In this document: positions 42,230-51,008 of the stretch, piece by piece
Layout: each line of letters opens with the position of its first letter
Position numbering within the stretch: position 1 is the first letter of the stretch
NCBI GenBank assembly: GCA_963713045.1
Contig: CAVQKE010000005.1
Location: 1 to 64,000, forward strand
Origin: an uncultured delta proteobacterium
Lineage (GTDB): Bacteria > Myxococcota > Myxococcia > Myxococcales > Myxococcaceae
Length of the DNA: 64,000 bases
Direction: 5' to 3'
Translations under genes and position numbers: made by a program
The notes under the pieces: generated by a model
The model's database searches: none
What the model was told of the DNA's origin: nothing
Seen by the model: the letters and a program-made list of their open reading frames with translations, nothing else

Positions 42230-43056
42230 CGTCCAAGCCCAAGGCCCGCACCATCCAAGTGGAAGTCCGCATTCACGCGCCGCGCGACGTCGTGTGGGCC
42301 GCCCTCACCGAGGCCTCTGAATTGTCCCGCTGGTTTCCCCCCGTCGCGACAGGCAAGCCCGGCCTTGGCGAGGAGCTGTCCTTCTCCTGGGGGGATTTGC
42401 ATTGGCGCACCGAGGTGGTGGGTTGGGAGCCCGGCCGTCACCTCCTCTGGCGGGACAAACCGGAGCAGCCCTCAGCCGCAGCAGGGGGCACCTCTGCCGC
42501 CCCCGCTGGACCCATGGCCGTCGACTGGACCCTCGAGGCGGCCGGCGGCGAAGTCCGGGTGCGCCTCGTCCAGTCCGGTTTCGGCGAGGGGGACAGCTGG
42601 GATGACTTCTACCAAGGAACGGACTTCGGCTGGCGTTTCTACCTCCACGCCCTGCGCCATTACCTCGAGCGGCACCGGGGCAAGCAGCGCGCCATGGCGT
42701 GGGTGCGACGCCACGCCCGCGGCGGCCCCAGTGTCCCCTGGGGCAAGGTGTGGAGCGTGGACGGCTTCGCGCCGACGCCGGAGGCGGCGCATCTGGCCGC
42801 AGGGCGTCCCTTCCAGCTGAGCCTTGGGACCGAGCGTCTGGTCGGCACGGTGGACTTCGTCCAGGCCCCGCGGGGCCTGTGGGGCACCCTGGGCAGCCTT
42901 GAGGACGCGACCCTCCTCGTGGAAATGGAACCCGGGGAAAGGGAACGGCACGCCGGCCTCTGGCTGTCCACCTACGGGCTGCCTGAGGAACGCATCGCAG
43001 CGCTCCAGTCCGCACTCACCGCGATGGCGGACCGCGTTCTCCCCGTGGCGGGCTAA
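42226..43056 (+). CDS. SRPBCC (AHSA1/START-like) domain protein
   Basis: IHAPRDVVWAALT..LSRWF, GWRFYLHALRHYLE; ATGA overlap. Confidence 0.85.
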   Translation: MTSKPKARTIQVEVRIHAPRDVVWAALTEASELSRWFPPVATGKPGLGEELSFSWGDLHWRTEVVGWEPGRHLLWRDKPEQPSAAAGGTSAAPAGPMAVDWTLEAAGGEVRVRLVQSGFGEGDSWDDFYQGTDFGWRFYLHALRHYLERHRGKQRAMAWVRRHARGGPSVPWGKVWSVDGFAPTPEAAHLAAGRPFQLSLGTERLVGTVDFVQAPRGLWGTLGSLEDATLLVEMEPGERERHAGLWLSTYGLPEERIAALQSALTAMADRVLPVAG

Positions 43057-43078
43057 AGAAAACGGGCCCCGCTGCCTT

Positions 43079-43783
43079 CTACCGGCCTGCGCCCTGCGGG
43101 CCCATTTGGCCAAACAGCACGCGGCGCGCCTCTTCGGTCAGCACCATCGGAGAGGCGGTCACCTTCGGCCCCAGCGCGTACGCGCGCTGAACGGCCGGAC
43201 GGGCCCCCATCGCCTCAAACCAGCGTTTCACGTTGGGGAAGTCCTCCAGGGTCTGCCCCTGTCGCGCGTAGGAGGCAATCCATGGGTGACAGGCCATGTC
43301 CGCAATGGAGTAACTGTCGGCCACGAAGTCGCGGCCCTGCAGCTGCGTGTCGAGGACGCGGTACAGCCGAGCGGTCTCCTTCACGTAGCGCTCGATGGCG
43401 TAGGGAATTTTCTCCGGAGCGTAGTGGGCGAAATGGTGGGCTTGCCCAAGCATCGGCCCAAGGCCTGCCATCTGCCAGAAAAGCCATTGCATCACCTGGG
43501 CCCGAGCCCGGAGCTCGTTGGGCAAAAAGCGCCCCGCCTTCGTCGCCAGGTATTCGAGAATCGCCCCCGATTCGAAGAGGGCCAGCGGTGGACCGCCGTC
43601 GCTCGGGGCGTTGTCGACAATGGCCGGCATCTTGTTATTCGGAGAAATGCGCAGGTACTCCGGCCGAAACTGCTCACCCTTCGTAATGTTGACGGGGAGC
43701 AGCCGATATTCCATCCCCGTCTCCTCGAGGAAAATGGTGATTTTGTGCCCGTTCGGCGTGGGCCAGTAGTGCAGGTCAATCAT
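43079..43783 (-). CDS. Glutathione S-transferase, Nu class (YfcG-like)
   Basis: YWPTPNGHK, SPNNKMPAI, FESGAIL, WLFWQMAGLGPM. Confidence 0.92.
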   Translation of the reverse strand: MIDLHYWPTPNGHKITIFLEETGMEYRLLPVNITKGEQFRPEYLRISPNNKMPAIVDNAPSDGGPPLALFESGAILEYLATKAGRFLPNELRARAQVMQWLFWQMAGLGPMLGQAHHFAHYAPEKIPYAIERYVKETARLYRVLDTQLQGRDFVADSYSIADMACHPWIASYARQGQTLEDFPNVKRWFEAMGARPAVQRAYALGPKVTASPMVLTEEARRVLFGQMGPQGAGR

Positions 43784-43800
43784 CGAAGACTCTCCTCTGG

Positions 43801-44499
43801 TTAGCTGACGGGGTAGCCCAAGCCCTTGCCGCCAAGGCCTCCGTACAGCGGCAACATCCGTCCGCGCCAGGCGGCAATGGGGCTGCCCGCGTCGAGCAGT
43901 TGGACCGGGGAGACACAGCGCGCCCACTGGAAGGCCCCGAACACCAGGTAGTCCGCCAGCGCCGGAGCACCGCCGGCCAAGAAGGGCTGCGCGCTCAGCG
44001 TTGCGCGCAGTGGCTCCAGCACCTTGCGCAGCTCCTCCAAGTGGGCCGGTGGGTCCGCGCAGAAGGCCTCCAAGGTGGTGCCGATGCGGGACTCCCGGGA
44101 CGTCCGGAAGTACTCCCGGTCCTTCGGGGCGACGTGGCCGAGGATGTCAAGGTAGAGGAGCGGGGCCAGGGTCAGCTGGAGGCTGCGTTCGGTCCAGTTT
44201 TTGATGAAGTAGGCGTAGGCCCAAGCTTGGGGGCCCTCAGCCAGTGGCGGGCGGTCCGGGTAAGCATTGTCCAGGTACTGGCAAATGGCCCAACTGTCCG
44301 TCACCACGCGCTCGCCATCCACCAGCACCGGCACCAGACTCTGCGAGGAGAAGGCAATGGCCTGCTTCTCGGTAAAGCGCCACGGCACCGTCTCAAAAGG
44401 TAGCCCCTTGTGGCCAAGCGCCATCTTCACCCGCCAGCAATAGGGGCTAAACCGCCGGTCGTCCTCAGCACCGGCCAAGTCGTAAAGCGTCCGCGCCAT
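43801..44499 (-). CDS. Glutathione S-transferase, LigE (beta-etherase)-like clade
   Basis: LYDLAG..RRFSPYCWRVKMALGHKG, DSWAI..YLD, ADYLVFGAFQWAR. Confidence 0.8.
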   Translation of the reverse strand: MARTLYDLAGAEDDRRFSPYCWRVKMALGHKGLPFETVPWRFTEKQAIAFSSQSLVPVLVDGERVVTDSWAICQYLDNAYPDRPPLAEGPQAWAYAYFIKNWTERSLQLTLAPLLYLDILGHVAPKDREYFRTSRESRIGTTLEAFCADPPAHLEELRKVLEPLRATLSAQPFLAGGAPALADYLVFGAFQWARCVSPVQLLDAGSPIAAWRGRMLPLYGGLGGKGLGYPVS

Positions 44500-44691
44500 G
44501 GGTGGGGCGTCTTCTAACGCGGGAGGCCCAGCCGGGGCAGCGTCAAACGCGCTCCCCGAAGGGGCCCGCTTGCGGAGGCGACTCCACCGCAACGCCATTC
44601 CCGGCACAAAAGATGCCACCGGCTGCGGTGGTGCGCCCGGGCACCTTGGGACGACAGACTCTGCCGCTGCTGGCCTGCCGAAGGCTCCTCC

Positions 44692-45888
44692 ATGCGCCGC
44701 CTCGCCCAAGTCCTGCTTCTGGCCCTGGTGCTTCCCGGGGTGTCCAGCGCTTCGGGCGGACTCGACGGGGCGCAGCGCCTGACGCTGTTGTCCAAAGTGC
44801 TGGGCGAGCAGCGGGTGATGGCAGTGGTGACACCCGCCTCCTATGGCTTTGGCGAACAGCGCTACCCGGTCCTGTACCTCACCGACGCCGAGGACCAACT
44901 CGGGCACACCCGGGCGACGGCGGAGTTTTTGGCCAGCAATGACTTGATGCCAGAAGTTATTCTGGTGGGCATCTTCAACACCGAGCGCACGCGTGACCTG
45001 ACGCCCACGGCTGGGACTCTGGGCGAGAGGGTCGACTTTCCAACGGCCGGTGGCGCTGAGCGCTTCCTCGACTTCGTGGAACACGAACTGGTCCCCGCCG
45101 TCGAGGCGCACTACCGCACCGTCCCGTTGCGCCTCTATGCCGGCCACTCGTTTGGCGGACTGTGCGGTATCCACGCCCTCTTCAGCCGTCCTGGCCTCTT
45201 CCAAGCCGTCGTCGCCGCGAGCCCCAGCGTGGACTGGGATGCTGGGCTCCTGATGCGGGAGGCTCGGGCGCTCCAAGCAAAACCCCCAGTGCCCCGGGGC
45301 CTCTTCGTCACCTTGGGGGCGCGGGAGGCGTCTCCGCCGGTCCTTCTGGACTTCGAGAATTTCGCCAAGGCCATGCACCAGCTGCCCTGGCCGGACTTCG
45401 ACTGGGCCTGGCAGCTGGTCCCTGAGGAGGACCACGGCTCCTCCGTCCTCCTCGGCTACTACGCTGGGCTGCGGCACCTGTTTGCCGGTTGGGAACTGCG
45501 GGCCAAGCCCGAAGAAAAAAACGTCCCGTCGTTGGCCGCCGTGCTGGCGCATTACCAGGGGCTCTCCGCACGGTGGGGCTACGCCATCCAGCCGTCCGAG
45601 TCGGTGGTGAACCTCCTCGCTTACGTCGCGCTGCAGCGGCGTGCGCTGGGCGAGGCCCTCGAGCTTTTCCGCTACAACGTCGCCGCGCACCCTGAATCCG
45701 CCATCACCCACGACAGCCTGGGAGAGGCACTGGAGCGGGCGGGACAGCTGGAACTCGCGCGGGACAGCTATCGGCAAGCCGTCGAACTCGCCGAAAAGCG
45801 TGGGGGCCCCGCGCTGCTCGGCCCGCTCCGCGCTCACCTGGAGGCGCTGGACGAGCGACTAAAAGCAACGCCGTCCGCCGGCCGCTAA
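44692..45888 (+). CDS. Secreted alpha/beta hydrolase (IroE/Fes-like esterase) with C-terminal TPR
   Basis: Signal peptide, YPVLYLTD, RTRDLTP, GHSFGG, EDHGS, TPR. Confidence 0.85.
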   Translation: MRRLAQVLLLALVLPGVSSASGGLDGAQRLTLLSKVLGEQRVMAVVTPASYGFGEQRYPVLYLTDAEDQLGHTRATAEFLASNDLMPEVILVGIFNTERTRDLTPTAGTLGERVDFPTAGGAERFLDFVEHELVPAVEAHYRTVPLRLYAGHSFGGLCGIHALFSRPGLFQAVVAASPSVDWDAGLLMREARALQAKPPVPRGLFVTLGAREASPPVLLDFENFAKAMHQLPWPDFDWAWQLVPEEDHGSSVLLGYYAGLRHLFAGWELRAKPEEKNVPSLAAVLAHYQGLSARWGYAIQPSESVVNLLAYVALQRRALGEALELFRYNVAAHPESAITHDSLGEALERAGQLELARDSYRQAVELAEKRGGPALLGPLRAHLEALDERLKATPSAGR

Positions 45889-45962
45889 GGGGTTCGGACC
45901 GAAGAGACGGGCTTTTTTGTGCGTCAGCCTATTGGCGGACGCCCCGGGCCGTCCCTAATGTG

Positions 45963-46677
45963 ATGCCGCATCACCCCTCCCCTCCGGCTCGTCGTCCTCC
46001 TCGCTGCACTGCTTGGCCCAACCTCCGCCCGCGCCGCGGACGACGCGCCGTATGCGGGGCCCGAAAAAGTCAGCCAAGGACTGGACTCGGCCCAAAGCGA
46101 CCGCATGGCGGCCGTCCTCGCCGGCCAGTACTTCCACGCGCGGCTTTGGTACTACGGCTGGTCGGCCTTCTACGGCACCGTCATCCTCGCGGAGACTGTC
46201 ATCAATGCCACCTCCACCGGCGGCGCCCGACTGGCGGCCCAAGTCAACATTGCCACCAGCTGGGTGGGCCTCCTGCAGACGCTGGTGCTCCCGCCCCCGG
46301 TGGCCTTCGGCTGGCAAGCGGTGGAGGCCATGCCCGACAGCAATCCCGAGCAGCGCGCGGCGAAGTCGGCCGCGGTCCGGGCCCTCTTCCAGCTAGAGGC
46401 GAAGAACGAAGTCTTCTACCATTCTGCTTTCAACCACATCGTCGGGCTGGCGGTGAATGCCGGCGTCTGCGCCTTCATGTTTTGGGGCCAGCACCAGGGC
46501 ACCCGTGCACTCATCAACCTGGTGGGTGGAAGCCTCGTGTGGGAGGCCAACATTTACACCTACCCCAATGCTTCCATGCGCGCGGCCCACGACGAGGGAC
46601 TGGCCGCCCTACAGCTGCGTGTCGTCCCCCTCGCCTTCGCCGACGGCGGCGGTGCTGCTGTTGCGGGGCACTTTTAA
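45963..46677 (+). CDS. Hypothetical exported/membrane protein (probable frameshift just after the start)
   Basis: Signal-like LRLVVLLAALLGPTSARA in frame with ORF 46105-46677; ends in Phe. Confidence 0.55.
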
Positions 46678-46712
46678 ACGTCGAAGAAGAGACAGTCGGG
46701 GCTTTGGCCCCT

Positions 46713-46910
46713 CTAGGCCCGGGAGCGACGGGTCCGCAGGGCCTGGGCCGCCACTCGAATGCGCGCGATGCGCGCGGCGCGCTCGGGTGACATCGGGGCG
46801 CAGCGGGCACAGTGCGCCACCAGCGGTCCCCCGGGCCGCATCCACTGGTTTACTGGCTCGCGGCACACCACGCACCGCACGACTTTCCAACCTTCGGGAA
46901 TGGCTTCCAT
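46713..46910 (-). CDS. Small zinc-ribbon protein (65 aa)
   Basis: CVVC-x17-CARC; AGGAGGTG Shine-Dalgarno 10 nt before the ATG. Confidence 0.6.
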   Translation of the reverse strand: MEAIPEGWKVVRCVVCREPVNQWMRPGGPLVAHCARCAPMSPERAARIARIRVAAQALRTRRSRA

Positions 46911-47017
46911 TGGGCTGCGACACCTCCTGCCGTGGCGGAGGGCCGCGGGGACGGCCACCACCCTACTCCCGCGCGCGCTTTTGTGCGCATCCGGGGCTCC
47001 ACGTCGGCTGTGCGGCG

Positions 47018-47914
47018 CTAGAAGTGCAACTCCGGGCCAATCAACAGTTGGACAGTGGAGACGTAACTGCTGCCAACCCACCCGGTCTCGAAGATGGCAT
47101 CCATTCCAATGCCGACAATGGACTTGGGAAGAAGCGAGACGCCGAAGCCAAGCCGGAAGGCGCCGCCCACGCCATTCCACCGCACAGTCTGCCCGGTGGC
47201 GTTTTGTCCGTTGGCTTCGGCGACGTACAGGCCAAAGCCGAGCCGGATGCGGCCCTTGGCCGCGTTGCTGCCGTAGGTGGGCGCTAGCAGCACGTCCACG
47301 TGCGGCTCCCAGGTCTTGCTGTAGACGTTGTTGGGCGGGACGCCCACCAGGTTGGGCGTGTACGTGCCCCACATGACGTTGGCCCCGAAGCTGATGGCCA
47401 TGGTGGGGTCGACCCACACGTCGACGTCCAGGTTGATGTCCGGTTGTGCCGTGGCGAAGCCGCTGCCGCACCCATAGGCCGGGACGTAGTAGCTGTAGTA
47501 GTAGCCGCAGTAGTAGCCGGCGCCGACGAAGGCGACGCCGCCCGAGGCGCGAACGGTGTAGCGCACCTTTCCGTCCCAGGGTGGCGGGGGCGGCCGGTAA
47601 TACACGGGCGGGTACTGGTAGTAGAAGTAGTTCGGCGGGGGCGGTAACGCCTGCTGCGGCGGCGCTGGCGGTGCGGGCGGCGGCGGCGGAGTGAACTGCG
47701 GCTCCGGCTGCTGCGGGACGACCGGCTGCGCGGCAGACGGTGGCTGCGGCTGGGCGGCTGCGGGCTGTGCGGCGGGCTCCGGCGCCGGCGGTGGCGGAGG
47801 CGGCTGGGGCGGAGACTGCGGCGTCGACGGCGGCGGCGCCGCAGCTGGGGCGTTCTGCGCCTGGGCCGCCGCCCCAACCAGCAGCGCGCTGAAGGCGAGG
47901 AAGGCCCCCGCCAT
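47018..47914 (-). CDS. Outer-membrane beta-barrel with Pro/Gln-rich N-terminal linker (paralogue A)
   Basis: Signal peptide AQA|Q, PxP tract, beta strands, C-terminal ELHF. Confidence 0.75.
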   Translation of the reverse strand: MAGAFLAFSALLVGAAAQAQNAPAAAPPPSTPQSPPQPPPPPPAPEPAAQPAAAQPQPPSAAQPVVPQQPEPQFTPPPPPAPPAPPQQALPPPPNYFYYQYPPVYYRPPPPPWDGKVRYTVRASGGVAFVGAGYYCGYYYSYYVPAYGCGSGFATAQPDINLDVDVWVDPTMAISFGANVMWGTYTPNLVGVPPNNVYSKTWEPHVDVLLAPTYGSNAAKGRIRLGFGLYVAEANGQNATGQTVRWNGVGGAFRLGFGVSLLPKSIVGIGMDAIFETGWVGSSYVSTVQLLIGPELHF

Positions 47915-48085
47915 TGCTTTCGTGCTGTTGCCCCTCTGCACGCGTCCCTCCTCAGCCCGCGCGGCTGGCCAGTGTCCGCGTGGGAAGCCCGGGAAGCCTA
48001 CCCCGGTCCCGTGCTTGTCCTCTCCCAGGGGCTGGTTTTCCAAGGCGACTCTAGCCGGCCTGGCCGCTCGGCGGGCAGGTACGCC

Positions 48086-48838
48086 CTAGAAGAAGTGAAT
48101 CTCCGGGCCGATGAGAAGCTGCACGGTGGAGACGTAGGTGCCGTCAACCCAGCCGGCTTCGAAGATGGCGTCGATGCCGATGCCAACCTTGGACTTGGGA
48201 AGAATCGACGCGCCAAACCCGAGGCGGAAGGCGCCACCCACGCCGTTGAAGGCGTAGGGGGTGACCGTGCCTCCGGGGTTGCCGTTGTTGACGTTGACAA
48301 TGTAGAGCCCGAAGCCCAAGCGCACCCGCCCCTTCACCGACGTGCTGTAGGGGGGCGCAACCAGGAAGTCGACGTGCGGCTCCCAGATGGTGGTGTACGT
48401 CGTGACGCCGCTCGCGTTGCCGTAGTAGCTCCCATAGGGCGTGTAGGTGCCCCACATCACGTTGGCACCGAGCGTCAGCCCAAGCGACGGTTTCAGCCAG
48501 ACGTCGACGTCCAGGTTGACGTCCGGAAAGGCGGTGCTGTACCCGGCCCCGCAAGCGTAGGTCGGGTAGTAGTAGTAGTAGTAGCTGCAGTAGTAGCCGG
48601 CGCCGACGAAGGCGACGCCACCCGAGGCGCGAATTGTGTAGCTCTGCTTGTCCTCCGGCGGCGGCGCGTAATAAACCGGCTGCGGCGGCGGGTAATACTG
48701 CGGCGGCGGTGGCGGTGGCGGGTAATACTGCGGCGGCGGTGGGGGCGCCGGCGTGGTGGGGTAGTACTGCGCCAGCGCCGGGGCCGCCAACAAGAGCGTG
48801 CCGGCGACGAGAACAGCTGCGCCCGCTGCAGTCTTCAT
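48086..48838 (-). CDS. Outer-membrane beta-barrel with Pro-rich N-terminus (paralogue B)
   Basis: Signal peptide ALA|Q, QYYPPPPPPP repeat, clearly homologous to 47018-47914. Confidence 0.75.
   Translation of the reverse strand: MKTAAGAAVLVAGTLLLAAPALAQYYPTTPAPPPPPQYYPPPPPPPQYYPPPQPVYYAPPPEDKQSYTIRASGGVAFVGAGYYCSYYYYYYPTYACGAGYSTAFPDVNLDVDVWLKPSLGLTLGANVMWGTYTPYGSYYGNASGVTTYTTIWEPHVDFLVAPPYSTSVKGRVRLGFGLYIVNVNNGNPGGTVTPYAFNGVGGAFRLGFGASILPKSKVGIGIDAIFEAGWVDGTYVSTVQLLIGPEIHFF
48687..48742. repeat. 30-nt-period intragenic tandem repeat (QYYPPPPPPP x2)
   Basis: ggcgggtaatactgcggcggcggtgg at 48687 and 48717. Confidence 0.8.
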
Positions 48839-49033
48839 TGTCTCGACCCCTCCTGGGCCCCAACCCAGCCTGCGGTTTACTCGACAGCGGCGACTTTGCA
48901 ACAAGTGCCAGTCGCGCACCACCTTAATGGCGCCCAGGCTGGCCTCGGCACCAGCCGTAGTTGCACACCGACTGTCTCGCGCGCAGATTTATTCACGCCC
49001 AAAACGCCCGGGCGCAACGGAGCGAGGCAAAAG

Positions 49034-49951
49034 ATGAACGACCAAGACCAAGCAGCTGTGGCAACCATCGCCCTACTCGCGGCCGCCGCGGACGGCAGTC
49101 AATCCACCAAGGAGAGGGCCGAGCTTCAGACTCTCCTCTCCGGCAATGCCAATTTCAACCTCGAGTCCATTAGCCAACAGGTGGCGTCCGGGCAACTCAG
49201 CCTGCCGAAGGTAGCCCAGCAACTCTCCGACGAGACGGCCCGCCACCGCGCCTACGAGGCGGCGCTCTTGGTGTGCAACGCGGACGGCCCCGCCAACCCG
49301 GCCGAGCTGAGGTTTCTCGCGCAGCTCCAAGCGGCGCTGGGGCTGAGCGCCGCGGCGCTGCAACCCGTCGAAGACAGTACACGCGCACTGGCCAATGCGG
49401 CGTCGGCCAGCGGCCTTGCCGCAGCCAACCCGGCTTCCGGCGCCCCCCTCGATGACACCATCCTCCAGCAGGCCATGCTGACCGGCGCGCTGGAAATTCT
49501 GCCTGACCGGCTCGCTAGCCTCGCCGTCCTCCCCTTGCAGCTTCGGCTCGTCTACCTGGTCGGCCAAAGCTACGGGCAGGCGCTGGACAGTGACCAGGTG
49601 AAGGACCTCGCCGGAACCTTGGGCATCGGCGCGGCCGCTCAGCTGGTGGAGGGCGTGGTGCGCAAAGTGCTGAGCGGCGTGGCTTCCGGCCTCCTCGGAG
49701 GAATGCTGGGAGGGGCCACCGGGCTGGCCGCCGGCGCCGCCGTCTCCTTTGCGTCCACCTACGCGCTGGGGCACGTGGCCAAGCAGTACTATGCCCAGGG
49801 CCGCAAGCTGAGTGGGGACGACTTGCGCGCCCTGTTTGTCCGCTTCCAGGGCGAGGCCAAAGGGCTTCTGCCGAAAGTCCAAGGGCAGATTCAAAACCTG
49901 GCCAGCACCCTCAACGTGCAGGACGTGGTCAAGCAGCTGACGTCCCGGTGA
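49034..49951 (+). CDS. TerB/DUF533-like + DUF697 domain protein
   Basis: AAAADG..ERAEL, CNADG..AELRFL TerB-like motifs; Gly-rich hydrophobic C-half, FASTYALG. Confidence 0.7.
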   Translation: MNDQDQAAVATIALLAAAADGSQSTKERAELQTLLSGNANFNLESISQQVASGQLSLPKVAQQLSDETARHRAYEAALLVCNADGPANPAELRFLAQLQAALGLSAAALQPVEDSTRALANAASASGLAAANPASGAPLDDTILQQAMLTGALEILPDRLASLAVLPLQLRLVYLVGQSYGQALDSDQVKDLAGTLGIGAAAQLVEGVVRKVLSGVASGLLGGMLGGATGLAAGAAVSFASTYALGHVAKQYYAQGRKLSGDDLRALFVRFQGEAKGLLPKVQGQIQNLASTLNVQDVVKQLTSR

Positions 49952-49983
49952 CAGGGCGCGCCGGCGCCCTCACCGGGGTCGAG

Positions 49984-51006
49984 CTACAGGCTCCGCAAAA
50001 CTTCGTCCAGCACCTCGCGCGGAGGGCGCACGCTGTCCGCCGGCAGGGTGGCCAGCGGTGCGTCCACCAGCCCAAGCCGGTCGATGAAGGTGGGCGCCTC
50101 GGTGTCCACGTAGAGGACGCCGGTGAGGACTTCGCTTCGGCCGTGCGCTTCCAGAATCCGCTGCACCGCGCGCAGCTTCTGGCGCGGGTCGTAGCTTTCC
50201 TCCAGCTTGTGCAGCTGCAGGCGCGAGCCGTCATGCAGCCGGACGTCCACTGTCGTCCCGGCGTCGTACTCGACGCCAATGTCGTCAAACACTGGAACGA
50301 AGGACAGCTCGTGCAACGGCTCGTCGTGGTCCTTGGTGTAGGCGTAGGACTTGGTGGAGCCGTCGTGGTCATTGAAGGCGACGCACGGGGAGATGACGTC
50401 CAGCACCGCTGTCCCGCGGTGGGCGACTGCCGCCTTCAACATGGCCGACAGCTGCGGCTTGTCCCCGGAGAAGCTTCGTCCAACGAAGGTGGCCCCAAGT
50501 TCAATGGCGAGCAGGCAAGTGTCGATGGGGGGCAATTCATTCACGACGCCCGTCTTCAGCTTGGAGCCGACATCTGCCGTCGCGCTGAATTGCCCCTTGG
50601 TGAGCCCGTACACGCCGTTGTCTTCAATGATGTAGATGAGCGGCAGGTTGCGGCGCACCAGGTGGACGAATTGTCCAATACCGATGGAGGCAGTGTCCCC
50701 GTCGCCCGAAACCCCCAGCGCGAGGAGAGTGCGGTTGGCCAAAAGCGCCCCGGTGGCCACCGAGGCCATCCGGCCGTGCAACGTATTGAAGCTGTGGGCC
50801 CGGCTCATGAAATACGCCGGACTCTTCGAGGAGCAGCCAATCCCAGACAGCTTCGCCACGCGCTCCGGCTGAATGCCCAGCTCGAACATGGTTTGAAGCA
50901 GCCGCTCGCTGATGGCGTTGTGGCCACACCCCGCGCACAGCGTCGACTTGCCGCCCTGGTAGTCGGAGACGGTCAGCCCGATGCGGTTGGTTTTTGGCTC
51001 GGCCAT
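49984..51006 (-). CDS. 2-oxoacid:ferredoxin oxidoreductase beta subunit
   Basis: LCAGCGH, SGIGCS, LHGR, GDGD..IG..DNGVYGLTKGQ TPP motif. Confidence 0.95.
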   Translation of the reverse strand: MAEPKTNRIGLTVSDYQGGKSTLCAGCGHNAISERLLQTMFELGIQPERVAKLSGIGCSSKSPAYFMSRAHSFNTLHGRMASVATGALLANRTLLALGVSGDGDTASIGIGQFVHLVRRNLPLIYIIEDNGVYGLTKGQFSATADVGSKLKTGVVNELPPIDTCLLAIELGATFVGRSFSGDKPQLSAMLKAAVAHRGTAVLDVISPCVAFNDHDGSTKSYAYTKDHDEPLHELSFVPVFDDIGVEYDAGTTVDVRLHDGSRLQLHKLEESYDPRQKLRAVQRILEAHGRSEVLTGVLYVDTEAPTFIDRLGLVDAPLATLPADSVRPPREVLDEVLRSL

Positions 51007-51008
51007 GC

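Noticed and set aside
45958..45990. ATG-TGA-TGC in frame with the 46105 ORF as a second Sec codon
   Set aside because: It would put Sec at residue 2 of a cleaved signal peptide, no SECIS-like hairpin follows, and one extra base after the ATG at 45963 explains it.
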